Shown piece by piece: positions 5,619 to 7,478 of a stretch of DNA of 7,478 nucleotides (position 1 is the stretch's first letter; every line of letters starts with the position of its first letter). The position numbers and the translations under genes were made by a program. The DNA lies in contig JACAFS010000045.1 of NCBI GenBank assembly GCA_013378385.1, positions 1 to 7,478 on the forward strand, given 5' to 3'. Source of the DNA: Nitrososphaerota archaeon (GTDB lineage Archaea > Thermoproteota > Nitrososphaeria > Nitrososphaerales > UBA57). Below the pieces are notes generated by a model. The model was not told the DNA's origin. It saw nothing but the letters and a program-made list of their open reading frames with translations, and made no database searches.

Positions 5619-6417
5619 TAAAACTCTCTTAATCACTGGAACAACTGGAATGCTAGGTAAGCAGTTTTTAGATTTTTTTAAAGATAAATGCAACAATGTA
5701 TACACTTTGAATAGAGTGGATGGTGACTTGCTAGATTTTGATTTTGTTAAAGAATTCGCCTTAAAATATAACCCTGATATAATAATTCACTGCATTGCGA
5801 ATACAAACTTGAAGTATTGCGAAGAGCAAGAAAAAGATACACTATTGCTACATTGTGGATTAACTCATTGTTTATCATCACTTGATTGTAAGATGGTATA
5901 CATATCAACTAGTTCTGCGCAAGATCCACATAATTTTTACGACAAAACAAAACTCCTCGGAGAGCAAATTTGTTTACTAAACAATAAAAATAATTTAGTA
6001 ATAAGAACAAATATATACGGAATCAATTCTAGTTCTGGAAAATCATTATTCGAATGGGCTTATAACAGTCTGACTGAAGACATACAAATAACGGGGTATT
6101 CTGACGTTTACTTTAATGCAGTTTACACTAAGCAGCTTGTAAGAACGGTATTCGACTTAATCAATAAAGAACACACAGGGATAATCAACATCGCTGGTGA
6201 TTATACTGTTAGTAAATTTAAGTTTCTTCAAAAGGTGTGCGAGATTTTTGAATTCGACAAAAACCTTCTGATTAAAGGCACTCAACCTGCAAATGCTTTA
6301 GTAAAGAGAAGTAAGAATATAGCATTAAATGTTAATGAAATAAAACAAAAATACAATATTAGGTTACACTTAGAAGAGGGGCTGAGTGAACTTAAAAACG
6401 ACTTGGAGATACAATGA
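5608..6417 (+). CDS. RmlD-like NAD(P)H-dependent nucleotide-sugar 4-ketoreductase (SDR)
   Basis: 269 aa. The GTG start at 5608 is the first start candidate after the in-frame TAG at 5602-5604. The first ATG would remove the Rossmann motif LLITGTTGMLGK. AGGAAG lies at 5594-5599. The start overlaps the dehydratase 3' end by 11 nt. The layout is RmlD_sub_bind-like: a short N-terminal Rossmann domain, NPDIIIHCIANTN, YISTSS, FYDKTKLLGEQ (YxxxK), LVIRTNIYG, KSLFEWA, NAVYTKQL and GIINIAGD. Confidence 0.65.
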   Translation: MVLDKTLLITGTTGMLGKQFLDFFKDKCNNVYTLNRVDGDLLDFDFVKEFALKYNPDIIIHCIANTNLKYCEEQEKDTLLLHCGLTHCLSSLDCKMVYISTSSAQDPHNFYDKTKLLGEQICLLNNKNNLVIRTNIYGINSSSGKSLFEWAYNSLTEDIQITGYSDVYFNAVYTKQLVRTVFDLINKEHTGIINIAGDYTVSKFKFLQKVCEIFEFDKNLLIKGTQPANALVKRSKNIALNVNEIKQKYNIRLHLEEGLSELKNDLEIQ

Positions 6418-7478
6418 AGGAAATAACCATAGACAATAAGAAAATAGGTCCGAACCAACCGACATATTTTATAGCAGATATTGCCGCAAATCATGATGGT
6501 GATTTAGAAAGAGCAAAGATGCTATGCAAGCTTGCAAAGGACAGCGGAGCAGATGCAGTAAAATTTCAACACCATAACTGTAAAAAATACGTTAGCGATT
6601 ATGGATTTAAAAATTTAGGAGGCAAATTCAGTCATCAATCTTCATGGAAAGAATCAATCTATGATACATATAAATCTGCTGAAGTGCCTTCATCTTGGAC
6701 AACTGAATTAAAGAAATATTGTAACGAAATGGGAATAACGATGTTCTCAACGCCTTACGATTTAGAAATGGTGGAACATTTAAATAATTTTATTGATTGT
6801 TATAAAATAGGATCAGGAGATCTGGCATTTGATTTAATGATAGAAACGGTTGCTAAGACGAAAAAGCCAGTTATGATATCAACTGGTGCCTCTACCTTAG
6901 ATGAGGTTGAAAACGCTGTTGAGATACTGAGGAAAAATAATACAGATATTGTCCTAATGCAATGTAACACAAACTACACAGGGAATGATGAAAACTTCGA
7001 TTTCATCAATTTAAACGTTTTAAATAAATACAAAAGAATGTTTCCAGATGTTATTATTGGGTTGAGCGATCATACTCATGGCTCAGTTACTACCTTGGGT
7101 GCTGTGGCTTTAGGGGCAAGAGTTGTTGAAAAACACTTTACAGATGACAATAGCCGTCCTGGACCAGATCACCCCTTTTCAATGAATCCTAAATCATGGA
7201 GAGAAATGGTTAATCATACGAGAATATTAGAAAGATCTATGGGCACTGATGTCAAGAAAGTTGAAGAAAACGAAAAAGAAACAGTGGTGCTGCAACGCAG
7301 AGCATTGCGACTTGTCAAGGATATGAAAAAAGGCGAGCTAATTTCTGTGTCTGATTTTGAATTTCAAAGACCTTGCCCTGAAGATGCCTTATCTATAAAC
7401 AAATTTAAAGCAATTATAAATAAAAAAATAAATAGAGATATTCCTTCTGGAGATTATCTTAAAGCTGGAGATATTGAC
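6414..7478 (+). CDS. neuB: NeuB-family nonulosonic acid synthase with C-terminal SAF domain (3' end runs off the window)
   Basis: Absent from the ORF track because it has no stop in the window. I translated it by hand from ATG 6414 (ATGA overlap with the upstream stop, GGAG at 6404-6407). It stays open for 355 codons to the window end. NeuB motifs: TYFIADIAANHDGDLERAK, ADAVKFQHH, YKIGSGD, KPVMISTGAS, LMQCNTNYTG, IGLSDHTHG, VVEKHFTDD...GPDHPFSMNP. These are followed by a SAF-like tail, VVLQRRALRLVKDMKKGELISVSDFEFQRPCP...INRDIPSGDYLKAGDID. It is probably only a few codons short of complete. The symbol is family level only. Confidence 0.85.
   Translation, partial: MKEITIDNKKIGPNQPTYFIADIAANHDGDLERAKMLCKLAKDSGADAVKFQHHNCKKYVSDYGFKNLGGKFSHQSSWKESIYDTYKSAEVPSSWTTELKKYCNEMGITMFSTPYDLEMVEHLNNFIDCYKIGSGDLAFDLMIETVAKTKKPVMISTGASTLDEVENAVEILRKNNTDIVLMQCNTNYTGNDENFDFINLNVLNKYKRMFPDVIIGLSDHTHGSVTTLGAVALGARVVEKHFTDDNSRPGPDHPFSMNPKSWREMVNHTRILERSMGTDVKKVEENEKETVVLQRRALRLVKDMKKGELISVSDFEFQRPCPEDALSINKFKAIINKKINRDIPSGDYLKAGDID

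Noticed and set aside
1-7478. A search for tRNA or other ncRNA genes, CRISPR repeats, transposase or integrase genes, terminal inverted repeats and long direct repeats.
   Set aside because: Coding density is near 100 percent on one strand, with a single 59-nt gap. I saw no periodic repeat structure or mobile-element hallmarks. Only trivial 6-nt tandem duplications occur inside coding sequence, for example GATTTTGATTTT near 5744-5755.

Overview
The window holds nine tightly packed coding regions, all on the + strand: a 3' gene fragment, seven complete ORFs, and one ORF that runs off the right edge. I found no RNA genes, CRISPR arrays, mobile-element hallmarks or long repeats. The content is a glycan-building cassette centred on nonulosonic (sialic-acid-like) sugar chemistry. 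In order it encodes: a clear GT4 glycosyltransferase (96-1355); a short orphan protein with GT-B-like motifs (1348-2199); an orphan protein whose motif layout resembles DUF115/Maf and GT42 sialyltransferase-type enzymes (2192-3049); a NeuB-family synthase with only the TIM-barrel domain and no SAF domain (3050-3883); a divergent CMP-sugar cytidylyltransferase-family protein (3883-4566); a PseB/FlaA1-type UDP-GlcNAc 4,6-dehydratase (4626-5618); an RmlD-like reductase (5608-6417); and a second, full-architecture NeuB+SAF synthase (6414 to beyond 7478). Six of seven complete junctions overlap or abut. The only gap (59 nt, 4567-4625) carries a good sigma70-like promoter with an extended -10. Base composition looks mosaic gene by gene. 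The best candidate for something new is a compact cassette with non-canonical gene content. It has two very different NeuB paralogues and only one activating enzyme. Its dehydratase is coupled to a ketoreductase where the pseudaminic-acid pathway would have an aminotransferase. It also has a minimal putative nonulosonate transferase. No aminotransferase, N-acetyltransferase, UDP-sugar hydrolase/2-epimerase, exporter or acceptor gene is in view. I cannot tell from the sequence whether this is a phage/virus auxiliary module or a bacterial surface-glycan or flagellin-glycosylation island. All functional calls rest on motifs I recognised by eye and need profile or structure searches to confirm.
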